From contig JALDZX010000018.1 in assembly GCA_022813865.1 (NCBI GenBank), forward strand, positions 372,001 to 406,951: a stretch of 34,951 bases of DNA, in the 5' to 3' direction. Below are positions 31,731 to 34,951 of this stretch, piece after piece (position 1 is the stretch's first letter; each line of letters begins with the position of its first letter). This DNA comes from Xylographa opegraphella (Eukaryota). Position numbers and translations under genes: made by a program. The notes beneath the pieces are model-generated. The model saw only the letters and a program-made list of their open reading frames with translations, was not told the DNA's origin and searched no databases.

Positions 31731-34271
31731 CTACAGTGGCGGCAAGTTCTCCCTGCAAATGGGGCACTGCAGCCTATACCGCATCCATCCCTCCAAGCAC
31801 GGGCTATGGAATATATGCCGACACGGCGTTACCATATATGCCCTTCTACTAAACAAACTTGTCGCCAGTGAACTCCCTGTATCACCTTCACCACTGCCAG
31901 CGGACACCACTGGCACGTCGAGGCTTTGCATACATATTGCACAATCAAAAGTCCGCTGTCCCTTCTTTGTGGGCTCTCCCAACGGGCTAGATGGCTCACT
32001 ATTCGAGGTCGCTTCTCTGAATCCGATGGGCATAGTTGCCCCAGCTTCTTCATCCTCCTCTCTCAAAACGGGATGGTAATCATACGCAGGCGGGGCCCAG
32101 TCATTAGGGATGAAGAAGCGCGGGCCGAGAATCTCCTGGCTGAAAAGAGCCCAGACTTGCAGCCAAACCCAACCGATAAGGACGTACGCGGCGTGCTGGT
32201 CCGTGCTGATAAATAGTATGTTATCAGTCACAGTATAGAAATAGATGAATGGAACGAGGCGGAGGATACTTTGTCCGATGACAAATTCCCAACGGAGGGC
32301 TTTACGGCAGTTCCGCATAATGTTCCGATATATTTGAGGGGTCCATAAAGATAGGTAGATGAATGATAACAAGTTCGCATAGAGGGATCGGATAGTATTC
32401 GGCCACCCTGTTGCATGAAGAGACAAGAAGAGAGTACCCATGAGTAGGAAATAAAATCGAGTATATAATGCTCCCATTTCATTCCGAGCACGACCTAGAG
32501 TCGTTGGTGCGGCAACCTGACCAGTAGTAATTGTTGTTGTAGCAGCATCTTCAGCCTCCGTAGCCGCAAGATCTTGGTCTGGAGGCAAAATAACCTGGGT
32601 TTCGTCTGTAGGTCTTCGTGCTGTTACGGGCAGCGGAAGTGTATCCGCCCCAGCTGCGGTAACGATCACGGTAGGTGTATCCTGACTCGCCACGACCGGC
32701 GGAGATGGTGGGTTTGCTGCAGCATTACGTCGCTCTGCTTCTCGTCTCTCTGGTTCTTGAATGGACCAAATGTCCATAAGGAACTTCATTCCAAAGACAC
32801 ATACACAGAGAAACGCAAGGAACGCAGTGGAAATCATGACCAGGAATGTTGCATCAATAACCATACTGACTGTCCAGAACCCAATCGAGGTAAACCCGTC
32901 TCCCATAGCCATCAATGCAACAGTGTAGAAGCTAACACGGCTTCTAGTAGAGGGAGTTGAAGTCTCTCTCACTTGCCGCATGAGCAGATAGATCTGTCCT
33001 GCCAACATCATACAAAAGAGCATAATTATGCGCTTGGCATTTTGAAGGTAAGACTCAAGTTTAGGTCCTGAAAGATGTTCGCCTACCTGTTGAGCATACT
33101 CAGGGGGGCCTTTTGACTCGAGAACAAAGCCGCAGTCGGGAGAAAAAACAACAGCAGACATTACGAGCGGAGGTATAGTACCAAAACTGGCACCGGTCGG
33201 ATACCGAAGCTCCTCCTCTAGTAACTGAAGTCCTGCAAGCCGTCTGTATGCCTCTTTTGATGTTGGACCACCGACTGCCGGAATGTGTTGTTGAAGATAA
33301 ACGATAAATTCACAATGGGGAGTGGGAAACATCATTTCGGACGGATTTTCTGGGGACGAAGACCATGGAAATGATGGTATGATGTATCTGGAAGCCTCTT
33401 CCTGACGGACCACAGTCTCCATCAGTGTCTGATTCAAGAGCTGTTGAGCTAGAACTGATGCCGGTTCGGATCGTGCGAAATGAGGGAGAGCAAAAATACC
33501 GGCAAACTTGTCACTTGATGTAGAAAGGAGAACACCTCCAGACTCCGGATAGTGTACTCCATACATGGTCATTTCCCAGCCATCACCACTTGATGTTTTA
33601 TCTTGAACAGTCACTACAGCTTTGATCCCCCTTACTGAAGTTTTGTCGACGAGTAGTCTCTGACTTTTCTTTTCGTCAAACTTGATCCGCAGGTTGCCTT
33701 CAAGTCCAGAGATATTGCGGTTATATTCTTTAGTTATATATTGTACTCGTGGGTTTAGTGCTGTAAGATTCATTGAAGTAGGGCGGTGATTTTCTGCGAT
33801 CTTGGATCGGATCCATTTTCCGTTCACAATACCCGAGATATTCTGGTAGAATGGGATAGGTTGACTGGATGTAGTGACTGAAGCATTGGGGTCTTGTCTG
33901 ATTCCTCCATCAGTGACATCAGACGACTTGTACCTGTCTCCGAGATCTTTCCACTCTGCACTGTTCTTTCCTAACTTCATCCAATCACTCAAAACCTTCT
34001 CAGTCTGTTCACGTGCTCTGGCCTGCACCTTAGGCAAAAGATCCCATGAGTAACCGTCCCCCTGTCGGAGACCCGTAACATTGAGCCAACGATCCTCTGC
34101 CGGGTCAAAATCACCATACCTGGTGGCATTGAGGATATCAATAGCACGGCGCTCATTATCGAGAATGTTTTTGATCTCCAGTTGTTGATGGGGGCTAGCA
34201 CGTTGAGTATCCGGTGTCAGAATCAATACTATCATAAGAAACACAAACAACGCCCCTCGCGCAGCATCCAT
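31731..34271 (-). CDS. TUL1: Transmembrane RING-H2 E3 ubiquitin ligase of the Dsc complex (Tul1/Dsc1/DscA)
   Basis: Intronless 846-aa ORF: N-terminal signal anchor, lumenal domain (FAGIFALPH, FSPDCG), multiple TM segments, TPQIYRNIMRNCRKAL, YDYHP, and a C-terminal CAIC...TPCRHIFHSPCLEGWMRYRLQCPICR RING-H2. Confidence 0.94.
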   Translation of the reverse strand: MDAARGALFVFLMIVLILTPDTQRASPHQQLEIKNILDNERRAIDILNATRYGDFDPAEDRWLNVTGLRQGDGYSWDLLPKVQARAREQTEKVLSDWMKLGKNSAEWKDLGDRYKSSDVTDGGIRQDPNASVTTSSQPIPFYQNISGIVNGKWIRSKIAENHRPTSMNLTALNPRVQYITKEYNRNISGLEGNLRIKFDEKKSQRLLVDKTSVRGIKAVVTVQDKTSSGDGWEMTMYGVHYPESGGVLLSTSSDKFAGIFALPHFARSEPASVLAQQLLNQTLMETVVRQEEASRYIIPSFPWSSSPENPSEMMFPTPHCEFIVYLQQHIPAVGGPTSKEAYRRLAGLQLLEEELRYPTGASFGTIPPLVMSAVVFSPDCGFVLESKGPPEYAQQVGEHLSGPKLESYLQNAKRIIMLFCMMLAGQIYLLMRQVRETSTPSTRSRVSFYTVALMAMGDGFTSIGFWTVSMVIDATFLVMISTAFLAFLCVCVFGMKFLMDIWSIQEPERREAERRNAAANPPSPPVVASQDTPTVIVTAAGADTLPLPVTARRPTDETQVILPPDQDLAATEAEDAATTTITTGQVAAPTTLGRARNEMGALYTRFYFLLMGTLFLSLHATGWPNTIRSLYANLLSFIYLSLWTPQIYRNIMRNCRKALRWEFVIGQSILRLVPFIYFYTVTDNILFISTDQHAAYVLIGWVWLQVWALFSQEILGPRFFIPNDWAPPAYDYHPVLREEDEEAGATMPIGFREATSNSEPSSPLGEPTKKGQRTFDCAICMQSLDVPVVSAGSGEGDTGSSLATSLFSRRAYMVTPCRHIFHSPCLEGWMRYRLQCPICRENLPPL

Positions 34272-34951
34272 CTGGATTTATTACGACCCAAACATAAAGT
34301 TACTGGTCATTTAGCAAGATATCCAAATTCGGCTGTTTGATACCGTCCAGCGGCGATCATGGCGAGCTTTGAGGTCTCATGTCTGATGTGGGATGAAACC
34401 TCGGCTTACTTATCAAGGTACCTACTTTTTACAGCAGGTACATTCAAGAAGCACAGGTGAGTATTATCCCTGATCCCTGTAATAGCAGCTATTCTAGTAA
34501 GCCTAGGTACCTTATCCTATTCTAAGCCGAGATAGGTAATCTTCATTTCAAACGCGCCAGATCGTGGAACGCGTTGCCGCAAGATGCTCATACAACGCCA
34601 TGGAGAAGTAGCTAACGACATCATGGCGAAGAGTCGCCCAGGTAGCGCTTGCATCGAAGCTGCAAAATCTCATAGGTAACGTCTGTCCCTACGTAGCGAG
34701 ACGCACCGTGTGCCGAGACGAAAATAGCAAGTCAACATCTTATACTCTCCCTTATCAGTTTGCCGTTTCATATATGATGTCCTATGATTCTCCAGCCCTT
34801 GATCTACAGCATATTCACACAGCGAGCGAAACCGGAAAGTTTTAGTCGTTGTTGCTGTCGATTTATTTGTTGCATAATCTGATGCCTAAGTGTTACGATC
34901 CTGCCTCTCACTAGTATAGTTCGATTAGGGATCTGGGTTGGATTCGTCAAT

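Noticed and set aside
13194..34271. Antisense and alternative-frame ORFs within DNF3, PHS1, the hydrolase, MGM1 and TUL1
   Set aside because: They are shadows of codon bias in well-supported genes and have no independent features.
1..34951. Transposons, RIP-degraded AT-rich blocks, CRISPR arrays, rRNA/tRNA genes
   Set aside because: No transposase/RT motifs, long repeats, TpA-rich blocks, repeat-spacer arrays or recognisable RNA gene signatures seen by eye.

Overview
Fungal (filamentous ascomycete, Pezizomycotina-type) genomic DNA with short GT-AG introns. The left 7.9 kb is an intron-rich highly reducing iterative type I polyketide synthase on the minus strand (KS-AT-DH-pseudoMT-degenerate ER-KR; the ACP and 3' end lie beyond position 1). 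A 3.3-kb non-coding interval separates it from a divergently transcribed PTH11/SAT4-like membrane protein. Then follow a DNF3-type P4-ATPase flippase, PHS1, a sulfotransferase-fold protein, an alpha/beta hydrolase, an unrecognised protein built of two diverged Cys-containing repeats, a GNAT acetyltransferase, a Ure2p/Nu-like GST, and a housekeeping block GCV3, MRP17, MGM1, TUL1. I recognised no rRNA, tRNA, CRISPR array or transposase. Points of most interest: the PKS with degenerate ER and MT, the two-repeat orphan protein, a 10-nt duplication that takes a strong-Kozak ATG out of frame with the GNAT gene, a GC-rich G-quadruplex-prone island around PHS1, and structured or splice-like signals in the PKS-proximal intergenic region. 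Exon boundaries and family calls were made by eye, without database searches.
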